From a virus (Duplodnaviria; Heunggongvirae; Uroviricota; Caudoviricetes): 64,000 nucleotides of DNA. Below, one piece after another: positions 24,739-33,713 of the stretch (the stretch's first letter is position 1; every line of letters starts with the position of its first letter). Location of the stretch: IMG/VR virus record IMGVR_UViG_3300022555_000015; one strand, given 5' to 3'. The translations under genes and the position numbers were made by a program. The notes below the pieces were generated by a model. That model was not told the DNA's origin. It ran no database searches and saw nothing but the letters and a program-made list of their open reading frames with translations.

Positions 24739-25503
24739 TTAGAAGGGAATGTTATCTTCCATGGAGGAAGGGTCATTGTTGTAGACAGGGTAGGGTTCAT
24801 ACGATGGGGTGTTACCCTCTACCATCTGCAACAAATCATGGAAGAGTTTGGGTTCAGTAAGCTCATAGAGCTTGCGAGCTAGTCTCAGATAGTGGTAATA
24901 GGCACTACACCTGACTTCATAGGGGTCCATCGCCCTGAGCCGAAAGTTCTTGACCGTAGGGTAGGCTTCAAGGTCAGGAAGGTGCCAGTTCTTCGGGTTA
25001 CCACACAGGTCCCTAGCCTCCAGGGCTAGAGCAAGGTTGTCTGCATGATGGACAATCGGGTGAAGGTTCCTGAGCTTGTCACCCAGTCCCAACCGGACAC
25101 CAATGGCATCAGCCACCTTGAGTTCAGCTTCCTTGTAGGCAGGCATGTGCCTCTTCAGGGGCCGAACCAAGTCACTCATGTAGGTTTCAGTGGCATCGTG
25201 AAAGAGTCCCTGGAACTGGAGTTCCTCTACATGGGGGAAGCTTTCCCATCCTGGGAGGGACTGGATAACTTCTGGTTGCCGGATGATGTCCATGACCAAC
25301 AGGCTGTGTTGAAGTACGCTGTACATCCAATCACAGTGTCCAGCAAACCGGCATTGCTGAGACAGTGCCCAGAAGATGTCTCTAACATCAACGTCTTCAG
25401 GTCTGGGGTCCAAGGGATAGAACTGCTTGTTGGTGTGGGTCCAGCACCAGTCACCTACTCGGGTGCTGTCCCCCTTCTCACCAATGCCAGTATTGTCAAT
25501 CAT
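24739..25503 (-). CDS. HD-domain phosphohydrolase
   Basis: H..HSLLV ... HDATETYMSD (H..H...HDxxE spacing of HD superfamily). Confidence 0.55.
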   Translation of the reverse strand: MIDNTGIGEKGDSTRVGDWCWTHTNKQFYPLDPRPEDVDVRDIFWALSQQCRFAGHCDWMYSVLQHSLLVMDIIRQPEVIQSLPGWESFPHVEELQFQGLFHDATETYMSDLVRPLKRHMPAYKEAELKVADAIGVRLGLGDKLRNLHPIVHHADNLALALEARDLCGNPKNWHLPDLEAYPTVKNFRLRAMDPYEVRCSAYYHYLRLARKLYELTEPKLFHDLLQMVEGNTPSYEPYPVYNNDPSSMEDNIPF

Positions 25504-25512
25504 TGATATTAC

Positions 25513-26217
25513 CTATGCCTTGAGACTTTCCAGGAATCTCTTGTACTTGGACTTGGTTGTGGGGGTAGCCGAAGGCCACTTCTCTTGTAGTTTTCTGACT
25601 ACAGCCTTGATCGTTTCGGCACTGTCATGTTCCACTTCCAGGAGGAAGAACTCCTGGTTGGAGTCAGGGAGGATACTGTGGTCCAGACAAACCTCAATCC
25701 CGAAGAATTCCAGGAAGAACCGTTGAGTGTAGAGGCTCCCTAACTTCTCAACCGAAGTGATCCCCAAGGCTTTCAGGGGTGTGTACACGTTCGGCCAAAG
25801 GAACTCCTTGAACTCAAAGGTATCAGGGATCTGGACTCTGGTGCCGTCATCAACATCAAAACCATCCGAGAGTTCTACACAGGTACGGATACCGTCCTTG
25901 AAAGAGGCTGGACCCTTGAAGGTGATTTCCCAACTTAGAATCTGGTTAGGGACAGGTTCTCTGGATTGAAGGGTAAAACCATCTGGGGACAGGTAATGTC
26001 CAGGACCCTTGGTAACTTCGGCTATGTGAAGTGTTTCCCGGAACCGAAGCATACTGTAACTGTTGGTGATGACCCCGTTGTGATCGTAATAGTGGTTGCC
26101 CTGTTCTTCATATCTATAGGTAGTACCCACGGGTACAGATGCCTGAATGGCATCATAGATCATAAAATCCAGTTCAAGAATTGCTTCTTGTTCTTGTCCT
26201 TCGGTCATGGTTACCAA
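25513..26217 (-). CDS. hypothetical protein (234 aa), weak CYTH-like features
   Basis: ExE-rich beta-strands (ILELDF, FFLLEVEHD); low confidence on family. Confidence 0.5.
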   Translation of the reverse strand: MVTMTEGQEQEAILELDFMIYDAIQASVPVGTTYRYEEQGNHYYDHNGVITNSYSMLRFRETLHIAEVTKGPGHYLSPDGFTLQSREPVPNQILSWEITFKGPASFKDGIRTCVELSDGFDVDDGTRVQIPDTFEFKEFLWPNVYTPLKALGITSVEKLGSLYTQRFFLEFFGIEVCLDHSILPDSNQEFFLLEVEHDSAETIKAVVRKLQEKWPSATPTTKSKYKRFLESLKA

Positions 26218-26669
26218 GACTCTTTCTCATCCCTAGGGACTATCTTGTTGCAAGTGACACAGAAGATGTTCCGGGTCCCATCGTTTCGAACGACCATATT
26301 GGCCTTGCCACATTCCTTGTGCCTACCGTGACAGGTATGTGTGATGTAATGGTCCACCACATAGATATCTTCACCCATGAAGGCTGCTTCTTCGGCTAGG
26401 AGATGAACACCCTTTAAGTATTGTGCCGGGGTTGTGAGCCAAAGAACTTTGCGGAAAGCCCTGAGAAACCATCTTTCGGTCTTGGTCCGGTCTTCGAAGT
26501 TGTAGTCCCAGTGATAGAACAGTACAGCAATCTCGGTCCAGACCCTCAAGTACTCTTCCTCAGAGGTTTCCCAAGCCTGCCGAAGTTGAAGGACGTAGGG
26601 GTGAAGTTGATTGTATAGGTCTTTGTTGGGTCTACCAGAGTTTCGATGGAAGTGAATCATACGCTCCAC
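26211..26669 (-). CDS. hypothetical protein (152 aa)
   Basis: ORF track. Confidence 0.5.
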   Translation of the reverse strand: MERMIHFHRNSGRPNKDLYNQLHPYVLQLRQAWETSEEEYLRVWTEIAVLFYHWDYNFEDRTKTERWFLRAFRKVLWLTTPAQYLKGVHLLAEEAAFMGEDIYVVDHYITHTCHGRHKECGKANMVVRNDGTRNIFCVTCNKIVPRDEKESW

Positions 26670-26851
26670 TTGACAGTCGTGATGGAATTACAGTGAGGGC
26701 ACTTACGGTCATCAGTAACACCGTCAGGGTAGTCCTTCACAGCGATGGAGTCATGGGCTTGAATCCATTGCTTGCACCCTAGACAGATATACATGGCAGA
26801 AAAGAATGTACCACTGAAGGGTGTGAACTTGTCGGGAGGTCTAGGCATCAT
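26657..26851 (-). CDS. zinc-ribbon protein (64 aa)
   Basis: CLGCKQW...CPHC. Confidence 0.4.
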   Translation of the reverse strand: MMPRPPDKFTPFSGTFFSAMYICLGCKQWIQAHDSIAVKDYPDGVTDDRKCPHCNSITTVKWSV

Positions 26852-27336
26852 TCCTCTGGAGTGTCTTGGACCATGTAGCCATGGTCATAAAGAATACACA
26901 CAGCCTCCTGCCAAGGCACCTTGAGTTCTGCCGATGTGGACCAGTAGGTTCCTACACTCGATGCACCATGCACCCCAATGTGACCCTTATCAGCATTCTT
27001 GAAAGAAAGTCTTGTGACACCCATCCACACTTTAGCCGGATAGGGCTCTGTAGTGATCTTCTTCAGTGCTTGGATCAGTAGAACACCGGCATGTTCAGAG
27101 GCACGAACGGCAAGGTAGAGTGCCTTCTTGGCTGTCTCTTCCCACTGAATCTTCTCTAGCGTCCGTTCTACTAACAGGACTGACAGGGTTTTTATCCTTC
27201 GTTCCAAATAAGCAATGTACTCCTCATCCGTCCCGATAGGTATAGATGTGAAGGAGAAGAAGGGTGCTGGGGGTGCCTTAGCCTTGTCCCGGATACGGTC
27301 CAGACATTCCTCAACCGGGTAGTCCATGGTATCCAT
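26848..27336 (-). CDS. hypothetical protein (162 aa)
   Basis: ORF track. Confidence 0.5.
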   Translation of the reverse strand: MDTMDYPVEECLDRIRDKAKAPPAPFFSFTSIPIGTDEEYIAYLERRIKTLSVLLVERTLEKIQWEETAKKALYLAVRASEHAGVLLIQALKKITTEPYPAKVWMGVTRLSFKNADKGHIGVHGASSVGTYWSTSAELKVPWQEAVCILYDHGYMVQDTPEE

Positions 27337-27605
27337 CAGAAACCTTCATCTTTCCAGACGGTAGGCATCTCATCCTTCTCTACAGCTTCCTGGATGTGGT
27401 TTCCAGCCTCACAAATCTGATCGAAGATGTCATGGATGGTATCAAAGAGACCTGGGTAGAGGTCCAGGTAGTCTGTCAGGTTGCTGTCAATGTAGGCTTT
27501 CGCCATCTTGTCCAGGACAGCCTGGGAAGCTTCCAGAGCCTTCTTGTCTTCAGGACTAAGCATCTCTACTAGCCTCCAAGGTGAAGGTAGCGAAGGAGCC
27601 TCCAT
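27336..27605 (-). CDS. hypothetical protein (89 aa)
   Basis: ATGA overlap. Confidence 0.45.
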   Translation of the reverse strand: MEAPSLPSPWRLVEMLSPEDKKALEASQAVLDKMAKAYIDSNLTDYLDLYPGLFDTIHDIFDQICEAGNHIQEAVEKDEMPTVWKDEGF

Positions 27606-27942
27606 TTGCCTTGTGCCTACGAAGGGCAGCGGCTACATGGTGTCCCTCATCTGTCAGCTTGTAGACACGGTTGAGACTAGTACCCGTGTTAATCAGGAGA
27701 CCCACTGCTTCGGCATCCTCAAGGCAAGACCAATCATCGTGATTAGGAACTTCCCCCTCACGAAGACGAGTAGGGTATGTCCTTCCCGAACTACCCTCAT
27801 GTGCTAGAAGCGGGTGGAGCTTGGGATCACACCGCATGTGATGGTTGTCAGGGATGCCCTTGAAGTCTACGATTCGGATTTCAATGTACCCGAAAGTAGA
27901 CCAGTGATCTCGGCCCCAGTCATAGATTGGAATGTTCATCAC
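27556..27942 (-). CDS. hypothetical protein (128 aa)
   Basis: ORF track. Confidence 0.45.
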   Translation of the reverse strand: MMNIPIYDWGRDHWSTFGYIEIRIVDFKGIPDNHHMRCDPKLHPLLAHEGSSGRTYPTRLREGEVPNHDDWSCLEDAEAVGLLINTGTSLNRVYKLTDEGHHVAAALRRHKANGGSFATFTLEASRDA

Positions 27943-27961
27943 TAACCCCTTGTAGGGTTAG

Positions 27962-28318
27962 TTACTCCAATGCCCGCATGATCTTGGCTACCAGGGCAGG
28001 AAATTGGTTCAGGTCTACGCCTTCCCTGAACTTCTCAAAAGCCCCACAGTAGGCTCGACCGTCGAGAACGGAGACCTGAACACCTGGAAGTCTATTCCAG
28101 AAGTACCGTGTGACGTAGGATTCTTGGAGAGTATCGTAGGAAGTACTGGCACGGTCTGGGGGTACACCCCCCTGGACGAAGAACATCTGTGCCCTACAGG
28201 GCCGAAGGTACAGGTTCACAGTTCCTCGACGGACACCACCTGAATGTTGGTATCCTTGAGACGGTCTTTCATGGATTCCACGGCTTCCCGTGGGCCATCC
28301 TTGTGCCAGATTCGGCAA
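27962..28318 (-). CDS. hypothetical protein (118 aa)
   Basis: ORF track. Confidence 0.45.
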   Translation of the reverse strand: MPNLAQGWPTGSRGIHERPSQGYQHSGGVRRGTVNLYLRPCRAQMFFVQGGVPPDRASTSYDTLQESYVTRYFWNRLPGVQVSVLDGRAYCGAFEKFREGVDLNQFPALVAKIMRALE

Positions 28319-28671
28319 GACAGGTGGTAGTCAATGAAATTGTGGATAAGCTCCAGGAGGTCAAGGATAGGCTTCTCCAATTCCTTGATCCCTTCAGCAT
28401 CCCTACGTTCAGAGCTAACACTGGAACTCTTGACAATAACAAACAAGAACTCCAACCCTAAAACCTCTGCGTTCGTAGGATCTGAGAAGTAGGCAACCTT
28501 CACGGCTACAGACCTACCATCCCTGGGATTGCTTGCTGGAATTTCGGCTGGTGGCTTAGTGATAAGCCCTTCAATTCTCTTCATCTTTGAAGATAGAAGG
28601 GAGTACCCCCCTACAACCACTAGGCTGTAAAGGATACCAGCAATAACTAGAACAATGAGGTATGGGGGCAT
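28216..28671 (-). CDS. membrane-anchored protein (151 aa)
   Basis: N-terminal TM MPPYLIVLVIAGILYSLVVVGGYSLL. Confidence 0.45.
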   Translation of the reverse strand: MPPYLIVLVIAGILYSLVVVGGYSLLSSKMKRIEGLITKPPAEIPASNPRDGRSVAVKVAYFSDPTNAEVLGLEFLFVIVKSSSVSSERRDAEGIKELEKPILDLLELIHNFIDYHLSCRIWHKDGPREAVESMKDRLKDTNIQVVSVEEL

Positions 28672-28723
28672 GGGCTACTCCTACTAGTACCTTAGCCCAG
28701 GTATAGGCAAATGTGTAGTAGAA

Positions 28724-29293
28724 TCAACCCCCTTGGGGCCGTCTTCCATAGATGGTCCGACGCTGTGCCGGGGGCTTGACACCAGGGTCAGGGGTGTAGG
28801 ACTTGGGGCCTCCTGCATTGTTCTCTCTCAGAGCCCCAATCATAATGTAGGCAATCTTGGACCACTCCCCACCGAACTCCCGAAGGGCATCCAGGAATCG
28901 GAATCGAGTGTCATCCAGGTAGTCCTGGGGGTACTCGATGGGAGCATTGGGATCTTCCGTAGCGAACTCATCGAGGTCGAAAGATGCCGTGTTGACGGAG
29001 CCATCCTGATTGAATACCGGGCCCTTGCTCCGGTAATGGATCTTGGCTCCCGCAGGGTCACTGTCATCAATGCAGAGCACCCAGCGCCCACGCTCCGTGT
29101 ATTCAATGAACACGGGACAGTCAGGGATGTCAATGACACCTGCAAGGCTGATCAGCTTGTTGAAAGCATGAGCCTTGGTGAAGTCAGACCGGGGACCCTG
29201 ACGGGGCCTTCCACGTTCCTGATAGGCACCAGGAGTGCTTGCGTTGGTACCAGCATTGCCGTAGTTGTCATCTGTTTCGTCATGGTCAGTCAT
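28724..29293 (-). CDS. hypothetical protein (189 aa)
   Basis: ORF track. Confidence 0.5.
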   Translation of the reverse strand: MTDHDETDDNYGNAGTNASTPGAYQERGRPRQGPRSDFTKAHAFNKLISLAGVIDIPDCPVFIEYTERGRWVLCIDDSDPAGAKIHYRSKGPVFNQDGSVNTASFDLDEFATEDPNAPIEYPQDYLDDTRFRFLDALREFGGEWSKIAYIMIGALRENNAGGPKSYTPDPGVKPPAQRRTIYGRRPQGG

Positions 29294-29649
29294 TGCGATA
29301 CTCCATTGTCAGGTTCATTTTCAAGTAAGGTTGCAATCTCATTCCAACGTCCCCCCAGGAGCTTCAGTGCTTCCAGAAGGGAAAAGTGAGTCTGTTCTGA
29401 GTCACCGGAATAATCAAACGTCCCGATGACCTTATTACCCTCATGCAAGGGACCACAAGCCTTATTGTAATAACCTCTAGGCTCCTCATACAGAGTGTAT
29501 TCGGAATCTGAATAGGCTGAGATCACCCAGTAACCTTCAGGTCTCTTACGGAGGGTGACATTCAAGTACTTTCCCGTCTGAAAGTCCCTGAACTCCCCAA
29601 CGATGTCAAGTCTGGTGGTGACTTTCAGGAATGCCAGTAGAGGGTTCAC
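29290..29649 (-). CDS. hypothetical protein (119 aa)
   Basis: ATGA overlap. Confidence 0.5.
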   Translation of the reverse strand: MNPLLAFLKVTTRLDIVGEFRDFQTGKYLNVTLRKRPEGYWVISAYSDSEYTLYEEPRGYYNKACGPLHEGNKVIGTFDYSGDSEQTHFSLLEALKLLGGRWNEIATLLENEPDNGVSQ

Positions 29650-29674
29650 AGGGGATGTTACCCCAACTGGGTGC

Positions 29675-30043
29675 CTACTCGGTGAGGATTAGGGTCTTGT
29701 CTCGCAGAATCATGGAAGCTGCGTCCATTCCTGCAAGTTCATTGATCTGTTCGGCCACTTTGGGCTCCTTGAAGAGCTTGGCCGAAAGCCGTGCCTTATA
29801 GGGTAGGTCAATCTCAGTCCCAAGATACCTATGGCCTGCGGGCTTGAATCGAAGAGAAGGGGGGGAGTATTTCTGGAGACCTCTACCACCCCAACACATC
29901 TTGCCAGGAATCCAGAACAGTTCCCATTCCAGGTTCCCTGTCGTGTACTTGCGAATGAAACAAGGCCGATCCTTGTCCCAATCCACACCATGTTCATGCC
30001 GTGGGAGACTCATGCGAGGGATGTACTGGAACTCCATGTTCAA
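29675..30043 (-). CDS. hypothetical protein (122 aa)
   Basis: ORF track. Confidence 0.5.
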   Translation of the reverse strand: MNMEFQYIPRMSLPRHEHGVDWDKDRPCFIRKYTTGNLEWELFWIPGKMCWGGRGLQKYSPPSLRFKPAGHRYLGTEIDLPYKARLSAKLFKEPKVAEQINELAGMDAASMILRDKTLILTE

Positions 30044-30402
30044 CCATTGTCTCGCTGGTATTCTTCACAGGACACAGCACTGATGTTGAGGAGGTAGCCT
30101 AGAGCTTCTGCCAGGACCACAGCATCCGAGACGGAGCCAAGCCCCAGCTTTCCCTTCACCCAGGTCCAGTGGAGGGTGCCCGTGAACACGGGAATTGCCA
30201 TGTTGCGGTCATCATAGAGGACCATCCAACCACCCTCGGCAGGGAGCCCGTGAGTGCCCGGTGGAAGTTGCAGACCCCGAAGATCGGTGATGAAGAGTTC
30301 GTACCGGGTTGAATTGCCCGGTTCCACCGTGACAATACGGACGTTGCCAAGACGGGTGTCTCTGACAATGCTATCGCTGAGTGGCCGTGTTCGAAGACTC
30401 AT
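30040..30402 (-). CDS. hypothetical protein (120 aa)
   Basis: ATGA overlap. Confidence 0.5.
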   Translation of the reverse strand: MSLRTRPLSDSIVRDTRLGNVRIVTVEPGNSTRYELFITDLRGLQLPPGTHGLPAEGGWMVLYDDRNMAIPVFTGTLHWTWVKGKLGLGSVSDAVVLAEALGYLLNISAVSCEEYQRDNG

Positions 30403-30505
30403 TGGATGCCCTCTTGTGAGAACGGATGATCGGAACCATGATTCCTACATAGGTGATGATGAGGGCTAGTGTGGCAGAGAACAGGAATTCGTACAGTGTG
30501 TCCAT
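30372..30505 (-). CDS. possible 44-aa hydrophobic peptide (MDTLYEFLFSATLALIITYVGIMVPIIRSHKRASNESSNTATQR)
   Basis: manual translation; GGAGG RBS 6 nt upstream; 30 nt downstream of motif 30537-30555; below ORF-track size cutoff. Confidence 0.3.
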
Positions 30506-30536
30506 GGTTGCCTCCCCACCATTACCACTCTGCATT

Positions 30537-30555
30537 GAAATCTTAACTGGAAATC
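30537..30555 (-). promoter_or_regulatory. conserved upstream motif, candidate promoter
   Basis: GAAATCTTAACTGGAAATC on plus strand. Confidence 0.4.
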
Positions 30556-30558
30556 ATT

Positions 30559-30768
30559 CTAGGCAGAGGCTTTCCAGACTCCACCCAGGAGAACGGACTT
30601 GTCCACGTTCTCGGATTGGGTTGGGAGTGCATGGTCGTGACATAGATGCACTTGGGCTACGATCACCCCATTCTTGAGTGTTACCCGGGTGAACTTGGCA
30701 TGATCCCTACAGGACGTAGGGTGTTCACAAAGCACCGGGTCACGGTAGCGGGAGAACTTGAGGCTCAT
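30559..30768 (-). CDS. hypothetical protein (69 aa)
   Basis: ORF track. Confidence 0.4.
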   Translation of the reverse strand: MSLKFSRYRDPVLCEHPTSCRDHAKFTRVTLKNGVIVAQVHLCHDHALPTQSENVDKSVLLGGVWKASA

Positions 30769-31016
30769 AGCTTGGATGCCGGAAGGGGTTTGATATCAAC
30801 ACCGAAGCTCTGCCAGCGGGCCACTGTCCAGGCCGAAGGCCCCTTCTGTTCCGAGACCTTGCCGACCTTGATTATCCAGGTTTCGTAGGTGTGGTAGGTC
30901 CGGGAGATTGTCCCTGAATCCTCTTCCGACTCCGGGAAGGCCCGGTCGTACCGGAGCATGTCCAGAGGAAAATCACCCCTACCCGAAATCACTGCCATGT
31001 GCCTGTACTGTGCCAT
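30765..31016 (-). CDS. hypothetical protein (83 aa)
   Basis: motif 31052-31067 upstream. Confidence 0.45.
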   Translation of the reverse strand: MAQYRHMAVISGRGDFPLDMLRYDRAFPESEEDSGTISRTYHTYETWIIKVGKVSEQKGPSAWTVARWQSFGVDIKPLPASKL

Positions 31017-31030
31017 TGTCTACCTCACCC

Positions 31031-31225
31031 CTACTTACCGCAGACGAGACGAATCTTAACCTGAAAACAACCTGGGGTATTCCTGATCTGGGACACCTTC
31101 TTGGGGGCCTCGACAACCCACACACCACCCGGACGCTTGGTGACCTTGAAGGTGGTGTCTTCTCCACGCTCTACACGGAGACGAAGAAGCTCACTCATGG
31201 CCGTTCGGCACATGATGTTGGTCAC
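31031..31225 (-). CDS. hypothetical protein (64 aa)
   Basis: ORF track. Confidence 0.4.
   Translation of the reverse strand: MTNIMCRTAMSELLRLRVERGEDTTFKVTKRPGGVWVVEAPKKVSQIRNTPGCFQVKIRLVCGK
31052..31067 (-). promoter_or_regulatory. conserved upstream motif, candidate promoter
   Basis: AATCTTAACCTGAAAA on plus strand. Confidence 0.4.
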
Positions 31226-31321
31226 TTACCGTTGCCATTCCAGACGGATGATCCAGAGGGTCAGGAGCACGAAGATGACAGTGTTCATAGCAACCTCGCT
31301 ATACTTACTGTAACCGTCGGC

Positions 31322-31338
31322 AATCTTAACCTGAAATC
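31322..31338 (-). promoter_or_regulatory. conserved upstream motif, candidate promoter
   Basis: AATCTTAACCTGAAATC on plus strand, abutting stop of 31337..31456. Confidence 0.4.
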
Positions 31339-31456
31339 AACGTCGGCCACAGCCCAGGATAGAGAGCCCTAGGCCGACGGCTCCAAGTACAACCACGACG
31401 GTTGTAACGACTATGATTCTCAGGACTAGGTTGGGCTTGAAGGGGGGTATTGCCAT
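31337..31456 (-). CDS. possible 39-aa single-pass membrane peptide (MAIPPFKPNLVLRIIVVTTVVVVLGAVGLGLSILGCGRR)
   Basis: internal Met of ORF 31337..31555 with AAGG RBS, directly after SPFH gene. Confidence 0.3.
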   Translation of the reverse strand: MAIPPFKPNLVLRIIVVTTVVVVLGAVGLGLSILGCGRR

Positions 31457-31481
31457 GCAATACCTTACCCCATTGAAGAGA

Positions 31482-32504
31482 CTAGTGGGAGGGATGAGCA
31501 GTAACAGGAGCCGACGGTGTAGCTGTAGGGGTCGTAGTGTCCGAAGGGATGGCATTCATAAGCTGGAGAAGCCGTACATGCCGTGACCCGTCCTGAGCCT
31601 CTGCCGGGGGAACGTCCAGTGCCAAGATGTTCTGTGAACCCCCCTGGACAGTCGGGAGCACACCGTTCCAACGCTGGATGGCACGGTACCGAAGAACTCT
31701 GGCCGTAGTGGAAAGCTCGATGATCTCATTGGCCTGTGCCTCTGCCGAAGCCATGAGAATCCGATTGCGGGCATCTGCCTGAGTACGGATCATCAGGGAG
31801 TTTGCAGCCCCCCGTGCCTCTGCTTCCGCTGCACGGGCAGTACCCTCGGCAGTAGCCGTGGCACTCCTAGCCTGAGCCTCTGCCTGGGCAAGCCTCTGGT
31901 TGGCTTCCATCGAAGCATTGATGGCTTGCTGGACGTTGGGAGGGAACCTGGGTGCATTCACGAAGGTGAGATTGTCCACGAGAATTCCACGGGGACCAAG
32001 CCGTGCAATGATGTCTGCCTTGGCTGTCTCCAGGAGAGTGTTCCGACCATTCCCCAAGAGGTCTTGAACCTGCATGTTGCAAGCGGCATGTGCCAAAGCA
32101 TCCCGGACAACATTCCTGAGTTCACCATCCGAGAACTGCTTCATTTCAGTGAAGTGGTACATGATGTACAGGTCTGCTGCATGATTGGGGTCCACTCGAT
32201 AAGTGATACCCACGTCTGCATTGACCGAAACACCCCCTGAAGCTGCAAACGTGAGGGACTCATCAGTGGGATTGCCCTCACCAATGTCCTTGGTCCAGAC
32301 CACATTCTGACGGGTGATGGGGAAGACCACTACTTCCTGTCCATACCCGGCATAGACCCGACCCACCTGGGGGTGATGGTCTACACCCCTACCGGACCCG
32401 AACTTCGTGACCACGATGCCCACGAATCCAGGCTCCACGTCAGTGTAGCAACCGATCATGGACAAGAGACACATCGCCAACACACACATGATGAGACTAC
32501 GCAT
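31482..32504 (-). CDS. SPFH/band-7 (stomatin/HflK-C-like) domain lipoprotein
   Basis: signal + lipobox LLSMIGC; SPFH core (GFVGIVVTKFG ... YRVDPNHAADLY ... ) followed by Ala/Gln/Glu-rich coiled coil QAINASMEANQRLAQAEAQA. Confidence 0.7.
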   Translation of the reverse strand: MRSLIMCVLAMCLLSMIGCYTDVEPGFVGIVVTKFGSGRGVDHHPQVGRVYAGYGQEVVVFPITRQNVVWTKDIGEGNPTDESLTFAASGGVSVNADVGITYRVDPNHAADLYIMYHFTEMKQFSDGELRNVVRDALAHAACNMQVQDLLGNGRNTLLETAKADIIARLGPRGILVDNLTFVNAPRFPPNVQQAINASMEANQRLAQAEAQARSATATAEGTARAAEAEARGAANSLMIRTQADARNRILMASAEAQANEIIELSTTARVLRYRAIQRWNGVLPTVQGGSQNILALDVPPAEAQDGSRHVRLLQLMNAIPSDTTTPTATPSAPVTAHPSH

Positions 32505-32516
32505 ACTGTGACCTTT

Positions 32517-32966
32517 CTACTTACGATTGAGAATGACCTTCTTGACAAACACAGGTGAGAGAAGATTCATGCCTACCAGGGCCAGGAAGGAGAGCATACC
32601 CAGAGTGTGGCCGATATCACTCGGGGAATTCAACAGGTGGAGTCCCACCATGTAGAACACCACGTTCAGGATCAATACAGCAAGGCACGTTACCCCAACC
32701 AGGACAGATTTCCAGAAGAGTCCAAGTTCCATCTTGTGATGGTGCTTTGCCTCAATCTTGTGGAAAGCTTCCTCCATCTCGGCCTTGGAAACCCCCATGA
32801 CTCCAGCCGTTTCCAGGACATCAGCCACCCGAACCTTGCCTTCATGCTGGGCATGGATTCGTAGAGCTTCCTCCACAACTTCGGCTACCTCTTCCCGAAC
32901 AATACCGTCTTCAGTTTCGGCAGGTTCTTTGTTAGGGGATTCGGACATGTAGAAGTTATTTGGCAT
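32517..32966 (-). CDS. membrane protein partner of SPFH gene (acidic N-terminus, 3 C-terminal TM segments)
   Basis: ORF track; hydrophobic LFWKSVLVGVTCLAVLILNVVFYMVGL. Confidence 0.5.
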   Translation of the reverse strand: MPNNFYMSESPNKEPAETEDGIVREEVAEVVEEALRIHAQHEGKVRVADVLETAGVMGVSKAEMEEAFHKIEAKHHHKMELGLFWKSVLVGVTCLAVLILNVVFYMVGLHLLNSPSDIGHTLGMLSFLALVGMNLLSPVFVKKVILNRK

Positions 32967-33150
32967 AACCTCTCCTACTTATGAGGGTAGTTCGGCGGAA
33001 TCAAACGGAGCCTACCCCGACTAGAGTGCTTCCTGATCCATTCGACGCAATCCATCATCTTGGAGGATGCGTACAGGTCTTTGTTACCCAGTTTCACCCG
33101 GTACTTGGAGATTGCCGAACGGCCCCTACCGCCATGTACATCACTGGGCA

Positions 33151-33411
33151 TTACTTACCCGCTGCCTTGTGGAGACACACCCAGCACAGGGCATACACCG
33201 GGATTGCACAGGAACTCTGGTACTCTGCTTCAGGGTATATTCTGGCATCTGAGAAGTCCTTGCCAACCAAAGGCTTCCCCTGAAGCCCACAGGAGTTCAC
33301 TTCAGTCCCAGCGGGGAAGATAGCACCTTTGACTATGATCCCGTCCAGGGCACTGTGAAGTTCCTGGTTGCAGCATTCACAGAGGGGGGTGTTGATGACT
33401 TTGGTTTTCAT
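33151..33411 (-). CDS. small Cys-containing protein (86 aa), paralog of 33408..33650
   Basis: ALCWVCLHKAAGK vs ALCWDCLFRMLKAPVGK. Confidence 0.45.
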   Translation of the reverse strand: MKTKVINTPLCECCNQELHSALDGIIVKGAIFPAGTEVNSCGLQGKPLVGKDFSDARIYPEAEYQSSCAIPVYALCWVCLHKAAGK

Positions 33412-33650
33412 GGTTCGATCTTACCCACAGGTGCCTTGAGCATTCGAAAGAGACAGTCCCAGCACAGAGCCTTGGGTTGAACGTCCTTGATGGGGGTGTT
33501 GTCATTAGTTTGTGATCTACCCACCAAGACCTGAACCTTCTCGATTTCATTCGTAGAAGGGTCAAAGGGGTGTACCTCAAGGATAGAGCCCTTGATGATC
33601 ACACCCTCTCCGGGATGAAGAACCTTCCCGCAAGGTTCCTCTTCTCTCAT
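33408..33650 (-). CDS. small Cys-containing protein (80 aa), paralog
   Basis: ATGA overlap, paralog similarity. Confidence 0.45.
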   Translation of the reverse strand: MREEEPCGKVLHPGEGVIIKGSILEVHPFDPSTNEIEKVQVLVGRSQTNDNTPIKDVQPKALCWDCLFRMLKAPVGKIEP

Positions 33651-33713
33651 CCTGTCAGATACGTTCCAGCCTTCACAGAGAGGGCAAAAGTCTGTACCTT
33701 TGCGAACTTCATA

